Assembly (NCBI GenBank): GCA_018712065.1 | Contig: DVHL01000036.1 | Location: 46,455 to 110,454, forward strand | DNA length: 64,000 nucleotides | Direction: 5' to 3' | Source of the DNA: Candidatus Fimimonas gallinarum | Lineage (GTDB): Bacteria > Bacillota > Clostridia > Christensenellales > CAG-314 | Shown here: piece after piece, positions 20,897 through 29,837 of the stretch | Layout: every line of letters begins with the position of its first letter | Numbering within the stretch: the first letter of the stretch is position 1 | Position numbers and translations under genes: made by a program | Notes under the pieces: generated by a model | Seen by the model: the letters and a program-made list of their open reading frames with translations, nothing else | Databases searched by the model: none | Told to the model about the DNA's origin: nothing

Positions 20897-21250
20897 GGTG
20901 TTGTGAGAAGAAAAAAGCAAATTCCTGCCGTGATTATCGGAAACGGGCAACAGTCCGTTGGGAAAAACAAAAAAAGGGAAAGGTTTACAAACGAGAAAAA
21001 CTTTTTTGCAAAGCAACCTGACAATTTCTGAAAGCAAGTAAAAACAGGGTTGTGTGAGCAGAAAAAATAGAAAAAGCGACTTAGTGCCGTGATAAGCCGA
21101 AATAGGCAACATTTTATTGGGAAAAACGCCGAAAAAAGGAAAAGTTTACAAAAGAGAAAAAATTTTTTGCAAAGCAACCTGACAATTTCTGAAAGCAAGT
21201 AAAAACAGGGTTGTTTGAACGAAAAAGAGCAAAATCAACTCCACCGTGAA
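20897..21250. repeat. tandem repeat, ~150-160 bp unit, about 2.3 copies
   Basis: Unit landmarks recur: GG(G)TTGTGTGAG at 20897, 21047 and 21208, and TTTTTTGCAAAGCAACCTGACAATTTCTGAAAGCAAGTAAAAACAGGGTTGT at 21002 and 21163. Confidence 0.8.
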
Positions 21251-21632
21251 AACAGGAGAGCACGTTGTTCCGCATTTGACACAACGGTTTTGAAAACGCC
21301 TGCCTTTACAACTACACGCAAACATTGCAAAATAAATGTTTTGCCGACACGTTGCCCGAAAACCTCTTGAAACATCAACGGACGGCAAAAAACGTGCCTG
21401 CATTTTGAAAAACCCCTCCGCAATAGCAAAATCCCTCCACAATATCAAAATAAAGTTTGCCTGCATTGTCTTTACTGCAAAACTTAAAAGTCGGGCGTTT
21501 GCATGTGGCAAATTGCCCTTTCTTCGCCCGCAACGCAATTGCTTTTGCCTTTGTCTTTACAAGCACTTTGGAAAGACAATTCGATTTAACCTGTTTTTAT
21601 ACAACGGCAAACTTTCAACGCAAAAAATGCAA

Positions 21633-21662
21633 CAAAAAAAGTCTGCAATGCTAATTGCAGAC
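21633..21662 (-). terminator. rho-independent terminator downstream of yfcE
   Basis: 9-bp stem GTCTGCAAT/ATTGCAGAC. The A7 run on plus gives a T-run on minus. Confidence 0.6.
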
Positions 21663-21676
21663 AATGTATTTTGAGT

Positions 21677-22216
21677 TCAGTTGAAACAATGGTGAGCAAT
21701 GACGTTGTCGTCAAAATCGAATATGCCTACGCCGCAGTTGTCCACAATGCAATAGCAGTTGTTGCCGTCCTTGGGAAGGGCGCAACTGCCGACGTTTACG
21801 CACGTTACTCCCTTTACGTCCACAATTTCGCAAATGTGGAAATGTCCGTACAGCATAACGTCGCCTTTTTGCAAATGAGGCACATTATTTTTGTTGTGAA
21901 TGTGTCCGTGCGTCAGAAAAATTCTTCTGCCCTCGTTAAGCAGTACGTTTTCAGCAAGAAAATCGAAGTTGCTTATCATTGCGTCCACTTCGCTGTCGCA
22001 GTTTCCACGGATAACCAACAACTTGTCGGCAACGGCGTTGAGAATCTCCGCCACTTTCACAGGGGCGTACTGCTGAGGAAAGGGATTGCGGGGGCCGTGA
22101 TTGTACACATCGCCCAGCAACACCATCATGTCCGCACCGCTCTTTTTGAACTTTTCCGTCGCTTTTTCCGCCCAATAGGCAGAACCGTGAATGTCGCTTA
22201 CAACAAACAGTTTCAT
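21677..22216 (-). CDS. yfcE: YfcE-family metallophosphoesterase
   Basis: MKLFVVSDIHGS...LGDVYNHGPRNP...RGNCDSEVD...THGH...GHFH closely parallels E. coli YfcE. Start placed at ATG 22216, overlapping the ricT stop by 4 nt. Confidence 0.85.
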   Translation of the reverse strand: MKLFVVSDIHGSAYWAEKATEKFKKSGADMMVLLGDVYNHGPRNPFPQQYAPVKVAEILNAVADKLLVIRGNCDSEVDAMISNFDFLAENVLLNEGRRIFLTHGHIHNKNNVPHLQKGDVMLYGHFHICEIVDVKGVTCVNVGSCALPKDGNNCYCIVDNCGVGIFDFDDNVIAHHCFN

Positions 22217-23085
22217 TTTTCTTCCTCCACAGGCTCCGTCGGCGCAGACGCCTGATCCTTGCCGTTGTTGTAGCATGGGGTGATGCCCAACTCTTCCAAC
22301 GTGTAACAGTGCAATTCCGTTTCGCCGTCGTTGTGCGCTACCTTGACTGTTACAAGCAGACGAAGCATGTCCACTTCCGTAACTTTGCCTTTTCCTGCAG
22401 GCGTGTTTATTTCCGAATTGATTTTCGGCATAAACTTGGCTGTTTGCGAGTAGTAGTCATCTTCGTACTTAAGACAACACATAAGCCTGCCGCACAAACC
22501 GGAAATTTTGGTGGGATTGAGGGAAAGCCCCTGCGTTTTTGCCATTTTTATGGAAACACGTTCAAAATCGTTGAGGTGGGCATTGCAACAACAAACTCTT
22601 CCGCACGGTCCCAAACCTCCCTTCATCTTGCACTCGTCCCTTATGCCTATCTGACGAAGTTCTATCCTCATGTGAAACGTCGAGGCAAGTTCCTTGACAA
22701 GTTCACGGAAATCCACACGGTTTTCCGATGTGAAGTAGAACACCACTTTGCTGTTGTCGAAGGCAAATTCCGCATCCACAAACTTCATTTCCAGATTGCG
22801 CTTGTCGGCTTTTGCCTGCGCCTCTTTGATGGCAGAGGGACGTTTTTCCACAATGGCGTTGTGCTGTGCCACGTCCTTTTCCGTTGCCTTGCGCACAACG
22901 GGTTTAAGTTGACTTTTCAGTTCCTCCTGAGGAACAAAAGTGTTTGCTATTGTAACTTCTCCGTACTCGGTACCGTGCGCCGTTTCCACAATGGCGCCGT
23001 CCCCGACACTGAAAACAATTTCACCGGGGTCAAAGTAGTACGCCTTGCCCCCCTGTTTGAATTTTACACCAACTATATTCGGCAT
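22213..23085 (-). CDS. ricT: PSP1-domain protein, stage 0 sporulation protein YaaT/RicT
   Basis: PSP1 C-terminal domain with the cysteine cluster CGRVCCC...CGRLMCCLKYE. Conserved position after holB. Confidence 0.85.
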   Translation of the reverse strand: MPNIVGVKFKQGGKAYYFDPGEIVFSVGDGAIVETAHGTEYGEVTIANTFVPQEELKSQLKPVVRKATEKDVAQHNAIVEKRPSAIKEAQAKADKRNLEMKFVDAEFAFDNSKVVFYFTSENRVDFRELVKELASTFHMRIELRQIGIRDECKMKGGLGPCGRVCCCNAHLNDFERVSIKMAKTQGLSLNPTKISGLCGRLMCCLKYEDDYYSQTAKFMPKINSEINTPAGKGKVTEVDMLRLLVTVKVAHNDGETELHCYTLEELGITPCYNNGKDQASAPTEPVEEEK

Positions 23086-24050
23086 CTGAATTTAACCTCC
23101 AAAACGGCAGCCGCCAACCAGTCCGCAACAACGGAAACGTTGCCGCCGTCATCAAGACGTTTTTTTGCGGAATTTATTTTTTCAATGCAGACTTCCGCCG
23201 CCTGCAAAGAATAGTTTTCACATATTTCCTTTGTTTTGTGCACGAAAGAGGGCAACAACATCAGGTTTTCCGCCAAACGGTAGGCAATGCTTTCCCTGTA
23301 CAGCACGGTGAGAAAACGCAAAAACCACAAAATGTTGTCATTGTCCGCCAAAACGGCGGAAACAAAGGGTAACGAATTTTTGGTGGAAGTCATCTGCGTG
23401 GCGAAGTTTACCGCATTGTCGAACGCCTGCAAAATTGCAGGATTTGCCAATACGCTTTCCGCCTGCTCCACACTTCCGCCACTGACGCAAGAGGCAATTT
23501 CGCAGAAACTTTTTTGATACCCCTTTTGTTGCAACAAACCGCACACTTGGGTGGCAGAAAGTTGCGTCTGCTTCAGAAGTTGACAGCGTGAACGAACCGT
23601 AGGCAACAAACCCTCGCTGTCCGTAACGCCCAAAAAGATGTAGCACTCGCCCGACGGCTCTTCCAACGTTTTGAGCAGTTTGTTTTGCCAAACGTCGGCG
23701 CCCACCCCCGCAAGGGAGGAGGTTGCATCCACCAAAAACACACGGCAATCGCCACTGTCCACGGGGCGTTTGTAACTTTCATCCACCAAAAGGGAAATGT
23801 CGGAAACGGAGAGACGTGTTTTTCCCCCTGCAGGGAAGAACATTACGTCCTGATGCACTCCGTCTGCTACCTTCTTGCACACCTCGCAACCGTCGTCGGA
23901 ATGCGACGGACACAGGCACACCGCCGCACACTGTCTGAGCAAATCGGGAAGATTTTGTTTTTCCGCCTCGACAATGTAGGCATGCGCCGCCGTGTGCGTG
24001 GCAAAAGCGTTGCGCAGATATTCGCCGATGTTTTTGTCCAATGCCGTCAT
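23073..24050 (-). CDS. holB: DNA polymerase III subunit delta prime
   Basis: AAA+ clamp-loader fold without an intact P-loop, a CxxC-containing zinc module (CPSHSDDGCEVCKK) and an SRC motif (VRSRCQ). Conserved tmk-holB-yaaT order. Confidence 0.8.
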   Translation of the reverse strand: MTALDKNIGEYLRNAFATHTAAHAYIVEAEKQNLPDLLRQCAAVCLCPSHSDDGCEVCKKVADGVHQDVMFFPAGGKTRLSVSDISLLVDESYKRPVDSGDCRVFLVDATSSLAGVGADVWQNKLLKTLEEPSGECYIFLGVTDSEGLLPTVRSRCQLLKQTQLSATQVCGLLQQKGYQKSFCEIASCVSGGSVEQAESVLANPAILQAFDNAVNFATQMTSTKNSLPFVSAVLADNDNILWFLRFLTVLYRESIAYRLAENLMLLPSFVHKTKEICENYSLQAAEVCIEKINSAKKRLDDGGNVSVVADWLAAAVLEVKFRCRI

Positions 24051-24670
24051 TTAATCACACCTTTTTTACGCAACACCTCACGCAGTTTTTGCTGAGTCTG
24101 TTCCTTGGTGCCGGAAGCGTCGATAACGACAAACTTTTCGGGATTTTGCGCTATCAGTTGCTTGTAGCCGTTGTACACCTTTTCGTGAAAACTGTAATCC
24201 ACCGATTCCATCCTGTCCGTCTTGTCGGCACCGCCCTTGCGTGCAAACGCCTCGGCAGGGGAAAGATCCAGAAAGATGGTGAATTCCGGCATATATTCGC
24301 CAACGGCAATTTCGTTGAGTTTTACAATATTTTCCAAACCGAGTCCTCTTCCCAAACCCTGATAGACGTAGGAAGAATGCACGTACCTGTCGCAAAAAAC
24401 GATTTTTCCCTCTTCGAGGGCAGGTTTGACAATGTCGTGAAGGTGCTGTATGCGTGAAGCGGCGTACAAAAAAGCCTCGCACATGTCCGACATGCTGCTG
24501 TTTTTGGCGTCCAGAATTATTCGTCTTATTTGCTCGGCAATGTCGCTCCCGCCCGGCTCTCTTGTGAAAATTACGTTTGCACCCACTTCGTTGCAGTATT
24601 CTTTCAGAAGGCGTGTCTGGTAGGTTTTGCCTACGCCGTCGCAACCTTCGATGGTAATAAAGTTTTTCAT
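24047..24670 (-). CDS. tmk: dTMP (thymidylate) kinase
   Basis: MKNFITIEGCDGVGKTYQ (P-loop), DRY motif, LID region. 207 aa. Confidence 0.95.
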   Translation of the reverse strand: MKNFITIEGCDGVGKTYQTRLLKEYCNEVGANVIFTREPGGSDIAEQIRRIILDAKNSSMSDMCEAFLYAASRIQHLHDIVKPALEEGKIVFCDRYVHSSYVYQGLGRGLGLENIVKLNEIAVGEYMPEFTIFLDLSPAEAFARKGGADKTDRMESVDYSFHEKVYNGYKQLIAQNPEKFVVIDASGTKEQTQQKLREVLRKKGVIK

Positions 24671-25063
24671 GTTCCGCTCCTTGCGTGAAGGTAATTTACT
24701 TTTGTAAAAAACATCTTAAAATATGATAACACAGTTTGACGTTTCTTTCAAGCGTTTGTTTTTCTCTGTCAAGGTATTTTTGCTCCGCTAACTTGCATTT
24801 TCATCGTCGAAAATTTCCCCTGCAACTTTCGGCAACGCCTTGACGGCGACGCACTTTGTAACGGCAAAGTTTTTAATGCCTGTGTTTTACCGTGTTTTGT
24901 CATTACGTTGCAATGCCTGTTTGGCTTACGATGTCTTTTCTTCGGCGGAACAATGCCTGCCGACGCTTTTTCAAAAGTTAATGCAACGGTTTTGCAACTT
25001 TTGGTGGCAACACGCTACCGACGTCAAACGCAAAAACGCCTGCGTGCAAGAGCGTCGGTACGT

Positions 25064-25092
25064 TTGACAAAAGAAAACCGCCGACTTATAAT
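25064..25092 (+). promoter_or_regulatory. perfect consensus sigma-A promoter
   Basis: TTGACA (25064-25069), exactly 17 nt spacer, TATAAT (25087-25092). Confidence 0.6.
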
Positions 25093-25098
25093 TTTACC

Positions 25099-25425
25099 GT
25101 GAGGCGCAAAGTGGAAAACTCGGGCTTTTTTGAAAAAGTTTACAAAATTGTGGAAACAATTCCTGTTGGGAAGGTTGCTACCTACGGACAAATTGCACGA
25201 CTGTGCGGAAGTCCACGGGCGGCACGTCAGGTAGGTTGGGCATTGCATGTCAATCCACGTCCTTTTGTTGTGCCCTGCCACCGTGTTGTAAACAAAAGCG
25301 GACGAATAGCCCCTTCTTTTGCTTTTGGCGGTGAGGACGTGCAACGCAATTTGCTTTTGCAGGAAGGCGTAACCTTTACCGACCAAAACACAGTGGACCT
25401 AAAAAAACATCTTTGGGAGAAATGA
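25099..25425 (+). CDS. MGMT-family methylated-DNA--protein-cysteine methyltransferase (DNA-binding/active-site domain only)
   Basis: IPVGKVATYGQIA...PCHRVV active-site motif with Cys retained. The start is either GTG 25099 (at the predicted transcription start site, TSS) or, more likely, GTG 25111 preceded by GAGG. Confidence 0.8.
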   Translation: MRRKVENSGFFEKVYKIVETIPVGKVATYGQIARLCGSPRAARQVGWALHVNPRPFVVPCHRVVNKSGRIAPSFAFGGEDVQRNLLLQEGVTFTDQNTVDLKKHLWEK

Positions 25426-25426
25426 T

Positions 25427-25792
25427 ATGCTGGACAAAAAAATGCTTGCCGTGTTGGCAATGCTTTCGCAACAGGTGGGTTACAGTTACAAAGTTGTGAA
25501 AAAAGCGCAGTTGCTTGCCAACATTCCCAAAAAGTACGCAATGGACATGGACACTTTGGTGGCAATAATTGCATTTTTGCGTGAAATGGGCTACGCCGTG
25601 GTTAAGTACCAGGACAAAGACGACATTTGCCTTACACTGACGGTCAAGGCGGAAACCTATCTTGCAGGGGAAAAACAGCCTGCCGTAAAATCGCAGATAA
25701 CCAACAAACAGGTGTGGATACTGTTTCTGGGGGTGTTTTTCGCTTCTCTTTTGGGGGCGTTTGTTGCCGTGCTTTTGGGAAAACTGTTTTGA
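25427..25792 (+). CDS. small membrane-anchored winged-helix-like protein (paralog 1)
   Basis: ATG lies 1 nt after the MGMT stop, with GGGAGA upstream. About 95 aa soluble alpha/beta (wHTH-like) part plus one C-terminal TM helix (VWILFLGVFFASLLGAFVAVLLG). Confidence 0.6.
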   Translation: MLDKKMLAVLAMLSQQVGYSYKVVKKAQLLANIPKKYAMDMDTLVAIIAFLREMGYAVVKYQDKDDICLTLTVKAETYLAGEKQPAVKSQITNKQVWILFLGVFFASLLGAFVAVLLGKLF

Positions 25793-25795
25793 TGC

Positions 25796-25807
25796 GGGGG
25801 GGGGGGG
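25796..25807. repeat. G12 homopolymer between the two paralogs
   Basis: Counted directly: 12 consecutive G, 3 nt after the stop of paralog 1 and 3 nt before ATG 25811. Confidence 0.95.
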
Positions 25808-25810
25808 TGA

Positions 25811-26179
25811 ATGATGCTTGACAAAAAAGAAGTTGCCGTGATGAAATGCATCTACGATTTTTGCAAAAAGCACAACGACGGAGCAATAATTTCCGACGAA
25901 GTGATAATACAAAGTTGCCCCGAAAAGTACCGTCTTACGGAAACAAAGGTGGACACCATATTGAAACAGTTGGAGTACGACGGTTACTTTGAATGTACCA
26001 AATCGGACAGAAACGGAAAGACGGTGAACGTGATAAACCTCAAACAGAAAGGAAAGGCTTTTCAGCGTGAACTGATACAACGCCGCCGTGAACTGATAAA
26101 CACAATGTTTTGGCGTGTTGTGTTTGCTGCGTTGGGCGCAGTTGTGGCATTGATTGTAAACAAAATACTTAATTGGTAA
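25811..26179 (+). CDS. small membrane-anchored winged-helix-like protein (paralog 2)
   Basis: Same architecture and shared landmarks with paralog 1 (MLDKK...P.KY...GY...C-terminal TM FWRVVFAALGAVVALIVNKIL). Confidence 0.6.
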   Translation: MMLDKKEVAVMKCIYDFCKKHNDGAIISDEVIIQSCPEKYRLTETKVDTILKQLEYDGYFECTKSDRNGKTVNVINLKQKGKAFQRELIQRRRELINTMFWRVVFAALGAVVALIVNKILNW

Positions 26180-26208
26180 AAAACGGACGGCAACGTCCGT
26201 TTTTTTTG
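26180..26208 (+). terminator. rho-independent terminator
   Basis: Stem ACGGACG/CGTCCGT, loop GCAA, then T7. Confidence 0.7.
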
Positions 26209-26403
26209 ACAAAATTTGCATTGTAATGTCGCAAAAAACCTAATACGGTTGTGAAAATTTAGTACACGCCTGCCGTGCAACAAAACTCGGTAACGTTGCA
26301 AAGACGTTACCGCACACCGACGCTCGCAGTAACGGAGTTTTGTAACGACACCCTACAGCGACGCTTGAAACGTCAAGGTTTTTGAATGTTTACAAAAAGC
26401 AAA

Positions 26404-26440
26404 ACAAAAAAAATGCAGCGCAAATGCACTGCATTTTTAT
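26404..26440. terminator. possible bidirectional terminator
   Basis: Stem AATGCAG/CTGCATT flanked by an A-run and a T-run. It lies about 200 nt downstream of galK. Confidence 0.4.
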
Positions 26441-26640
26441 TTTGACAATTGCAATTTCCTCGCACCGATAAAGGGCGACTCGTCAAACTGCACTTTCTGT
26501 ATTTCACCGTGCTTACCGTTGCTTGCAAATTCCACGCACTTTCGTCGAGCCTGCGCCACATTTGACATTGTACCGTTTTGAAGGTACACAATTTGTTGAT
26601 ACGGAATAAAGTTTTTGGCACATTCGGTTTTTTTGTGCCG

Positions 26641-27861
26641 TTACAGTACGGTTGCGCCCACCTGCCTCACTTTCAGCACATGCACGCTTTTTTCGCCGTA
26701 TTTTTTACCCATTTCCGAGGTGAAACCGTGCAAATCCCTGTTGACGACAAGTGCCAGCACTGTGCCTGCAAAGCCGCCGCCATGCACACGGGAAGCGCAC
26801 CCGGGACAAATTTCACGGGCAAACAGAACTGCATCGGCAACCGTCCTGTCCTCTCCGACGTTGCAGTTTTGCAACTGCCAGATACTGCTGTTTCCCGATT
26901 GACTGACGGCGGAAAACAGTTTGGGCACATCGCCGTTTTTCAATGCCTGCGCCACCTCGTCCACCAGGCGGTTTTCCTCGAAAAAGTGTTTGGCACGCAA
27001 CGCAGGACGGTTGCCCACGGTGCGTTGAACCTCTTTGTACCTTTTGAAAAATTCCACTTCGTCCACGTCGGCAAGACGTTGTTTGCCGAAGTAGTTTGCC
27101 ACCTGTTTCATTTCGGCGGGAATGGCGGCGTAGCAGTCGGTGAGGGAGGAATGACTCTTTCCCGTGTCCACGACTACAAGATTTACGCCGTTGAGTTCAT
27201 TTGCCAGCCTTTGAAATTCAAAGCCGTTTTTGAAGTTTATTTCCACGATACCGCCCACGGCAATGACGCCCTGATCCAACAAACCGCAAGGCTTGTTGAA
27301 GTAGACGTTTTCCGCAAACTGCCCCACTTCGGCAAGGGTACGGGCGTCAATTTCGCCGTTGTTGTACAAATTGTTGACTATGGTTGCGGCAAGCAACTGA
27401 AACGCCGCACTTGACGATATGCCTGCGCCGCTTGGCAGGCAGGAATTGAGGTAGGCATAAAATCCGCCGATTTTCTTGCCACGCTTTTTCAGCCCCGCCA
27501 AAACGCCTTTGACCATGCCGACGCTTCCGCCTTCCACCTTTTCCACGTCGGCGACATTGAAAACAATGTCACGGTAGTTGTTTCCGCTTATTTGCACCAC
27601 GCCTTTGTCGTTAGGCAGAAATGCTGCGACAATGTCCAGATCCACAGTGCATCCGACAACTTTGCCTCCGTTGTGGTCGGTGTGATTGCCGATAAGTTCC
27701 ACACGTCCCGACGAACTTGCAAGATAGCAGTAACGGCTTTTGTACTTTTTTTTGAAATGACGCACAAGTTCTTCGTAACGTATCAACTGACGGAAAGTTT
27801 TTTTACCGTACAGTTTGGGAAAATACGACATTGCCTGACGTCCGCTTGTAAACTGTTGCAT
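26641..27861 (-). CDS. galK: galactokinase (GHMP kinase)
   Basis: GRVELIGNHTDHNGG (galactokinase signature) and PSGAGISSSAAF (GHMP ATP motif). Start placed at ATG 27861, 8 nt after AAGGAAG. Confidence 0.85.
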   Translation of the reverse strand: MQQFTSGRQAMSYFPKLYGKKTFRQLIRYEELVRHFKKKYKSRYCYLASSSGRVELIGNHTDHNGGKVVGCTVDLDIVAAFLPNDKGVVQISGNNYRDIVFNVADVEKVEGGSVGMVKGVLAGLKKRGKKIGGFYAYLNSCLPSGAGISSSAAFQLLAATIVNNLYNNGEIDARTLAEVGQFAENVYFNKPCGLLDQGVIAVGGIVEINFKNGFEFQRLANELNGVNLVVVDTGKSHSSLTDCYAAIPAEMKQVANYFGKQRLADVDEVEFFKRYKEVQRTVGNRPALRAKHFFEENRLVDEVAQALKNGDVPKLFSAVSQSGNSSIWQLQNCNVGEDRTVADAVLFAREICPGCASRVHGGGFAGTVLALVVNRDLHGFTSEMGKKYGEKSVHVLKVRQVGATVL

Positions 27862-27921
27862 AATTTTGCTTCCTTGTGTTTGTGTCAACATTGTAACACC
27901 CTGCAAGGTTTTTTGCAACTG

Positions 27922-29691
27922 TTATTCCACCGTTACCGATTTGGCAAGGTTGCGTGGTTTGTCGACGTCCCTGCCCAAACCTTTTGCCGCAAAGTACGCC
28001 AGAAGTTGCAGAGGAACTACTGCCACCACACCGTACAGCAAACGGTGTACCGACGGCAACACAAACTGCGTTCCGTACCCCTTGTAGGGGGAAAGGGTGA
28101 TGACGTCGGCATGTCGGGATGCAATTTCCCTGGCGGTGCTTATGTTTTTTTGCACCAGATTGCAGGAGGTGGAAAGCACCACCACCGTTACGCCTTTTTC
28201 CATCAGCGCAAGTGTGCCGTGTTTAAGTTCGCCGGAGGGGTATGCCTCGGAATGAATGTAACTGATTTCTTTCAGTTTCAAAGAACCTTCCGTGGCGGTG
28301 GGAAAATCCAACGCACGTCCCACGAAAAACACTGCGGAACTGTTTTTGACCCTCTCCGCCAAAGCGTGAATTTCCTCCTTGCGTTGCAAAATTTCTCCTA
28401 TTGCAGCGGGAAGGCTGTCCATACCCTCCCAAAGAGAATCCAACTCCTTTTGCGAAAGTCGGTTGCGCAAAAAAGCAATGTCGGCAACAAGCAGAATCAA
28501 CGTTACCAACTGACAGTTGTACGCCTTGGTGCTTGCCACGGCAAATTCGCTGCCTGCAAAAACGTTGGTTACTTTGTCGCACACAAAGCACAGCGTAGAA
28601 GACTTGGTATTGGTGACGGCGTAGGTAATTCCGCCACCTGCCGACACCTTTTCCGCCGCCCGTATCGTATCGGCGGTTTCTCCGCTTTGACTGATACAAA
28701 ACGCCAATGTCTGACCGTCCACGGGAAAATTGTCGTAGACAAATTCGCTGGCGATGACGGCGGTTACGTCCACATCCAAAAATTTGCGTGCAACTGCGCA
28801 GGCTTCCAAACCGCTGTTGTAGGCTGTGCCGCATCCCAAAAAATAGATGCGTTTGAGTTTTTTTATCTGTTTTGACGAAAGTTGCACTCTTCCGCTGTCG
28901 AAGTAGCCCTTTTTCGCATTCATTACACAGTGGGGAATTTCAAAAATTTCCTTCAACATCATGTCGCCGTCGGCATTTTCGTTCACTTCGACGTCGGGCA
29001 CAAAAAAGTTGACGGATAGTTTCTTTCCGTCGAAGGTGTAAAAACAAACGTCCTTTGCCGATGCTTGCACCACCGTTCCGTCCGGCACAACGGCGACCTT
29101 TTCCGCCCAGCGTGAAAGACATCTTACATCGGAAGAAAGATAGACGGCATTTTTTGCCACCCCCACCGCAAGAGGACTTTTGTACTTGATGGCGTACAAA
29201 CAGTCGTCGTAGGCGTTTTCCGCCAACACGGCGAATGCGCCTTCAAGTTGATTTGCCGTTTTCAGCGTTGCCTGCAAAACGTTGCCTTTGTAGTTTTCCT
29301 GCAACAGGTGCGCTACCGTTTCGCTGTCCGTTTGGGAAGAAAACCTGTAACCCGCATCTTGCAGCGAAATTTTCAGTTTTTCAAAATTTTCTATTATTCC
29401 GTTGTGGCAAATGGCAAAATTGCCGTCGTTTGACAAAAACGGATGGGCGTTTTCGTCGCAGACGTTTCCGTGCGTTGCCCAACGGGTGTGACCTATTGCA
29501 AGTGCTCCTGCGGTTAACGGCGGAATTTTGCCTTGCAAGTCCTCTACACGACCGCTGCATTTGAAAACCTCGATACCCTTCCCTTTGACGGCAATGCCTG
29601 CGGAATCGTACCCACGGTACTGCAAAAAACGTAACGCCTGCAAAGTTTTTTCCACACAATTTTCGTCAATTACACCAAAAATCCCGCACAT
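27922..29691 (-). CDS. glmS: glutamine--fructose-6-phosphate aminotransferase
   Basis: MCGIFG N-terminal nucleophile, two SIS domains, C-terminal ...KSVTVE. Confidence 0.95.
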   Translation of the reverse strand: MCGIFGVIDENCVEKTLQALRFLQYRGYDSAGIAVKGKGIEVFKCSGRVEDLQGKIPPLTAGALAIGHTRWATHGNVCDENAHPFLSNDGNFAICHNGIIENFEKLKISLQDAGYRFSSQTDSETVAHLLQENYKGNVLQATLKTANQLEGAFAVLAENAYDDCLYAIKYKSPLAVGVAKNAVYLSSDVRCLSRWAEKVAVVPDGTVVQASAKDVCFYTFDGKKLSVNFFVPDVEVNENADGDMMLKEIFEIPHCVMNAKKGYFDSGRVQLSSKQIKKLKRIYFLGCGTAYNSGLEACAVARKFLDVDVTAVIASEFVYDNFPVDGQTLAFCISQSGETADTIRAAEKVSAGGGITYAVTNTKSSTLCFVCDKVTNVFAGSEFAVASTKAYNCQLVTLILLVADIAFLRNRLSQKELDSLWEGMDSLPAAIGEILQRKEEIHALAERVKNSSAVFFVGRALDFPTATEGSLKLKEISYIHSEAYPSGELKHGTLALMEKGVTVVVLSTSCNLVQKNISTAREIASRHADVITLSPYKGYGTQFVLPSVHRLLYGVVAVVPLQLLAYFAAKGLGRDVDKPRNLAKSVTVE

Positions 29692-29781
29692 AATACCTTC
29701 CTTTTGTGAGTATTATATGAATTTTTGCACCGTACCGACACAAAATTTGTGCTAACTTCAGTTGCAAATGTACAAATATAT

Positions 29782-29810
29782 TTGACTGTAAAAATATATA
29801 GTTGTATAAT
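29782..29810 (+). promoter_or_regulatory. sigma-A type promoter upstream of typA
   Basis: TTGACT, 17 nt spacer, TATAAT. Confidence 0.55.
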
Positions 29811-29837
29811 TTTAGGGTTGAAATACGGAGATTTTTT

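Noticed and set aside
25790-25813. The G12 tract as a frameshift switch fusing the two paralogs (they are in the same frame).
   Set aside because: Stop codons at 25790-25792 and 25808-25810 flank the tract, so no tract length can fuse the ORFs. Only expression-level effects remain plausible.
25376-26221. 281-aa minus-strand ORF spanning both small wHTH-TM genes and the G12 tract.
   Set aside because: It is the in-register antisense shadow of the two plus-strand genes. The plus-strand genes have an RBS, a promoter, a terminator and a coherent TM/globular architecture.
29692-29837. Expected glmS ribozyme upstream of glmS, as in many Bacillota.
   Set aside because: Only about 145 bp separate glmS from divergent typA, and this space is occupied by promoters. 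No ribozyme core sequence or pseudoknot-like pairing was seen, and the leader is at most a few tens of nt.
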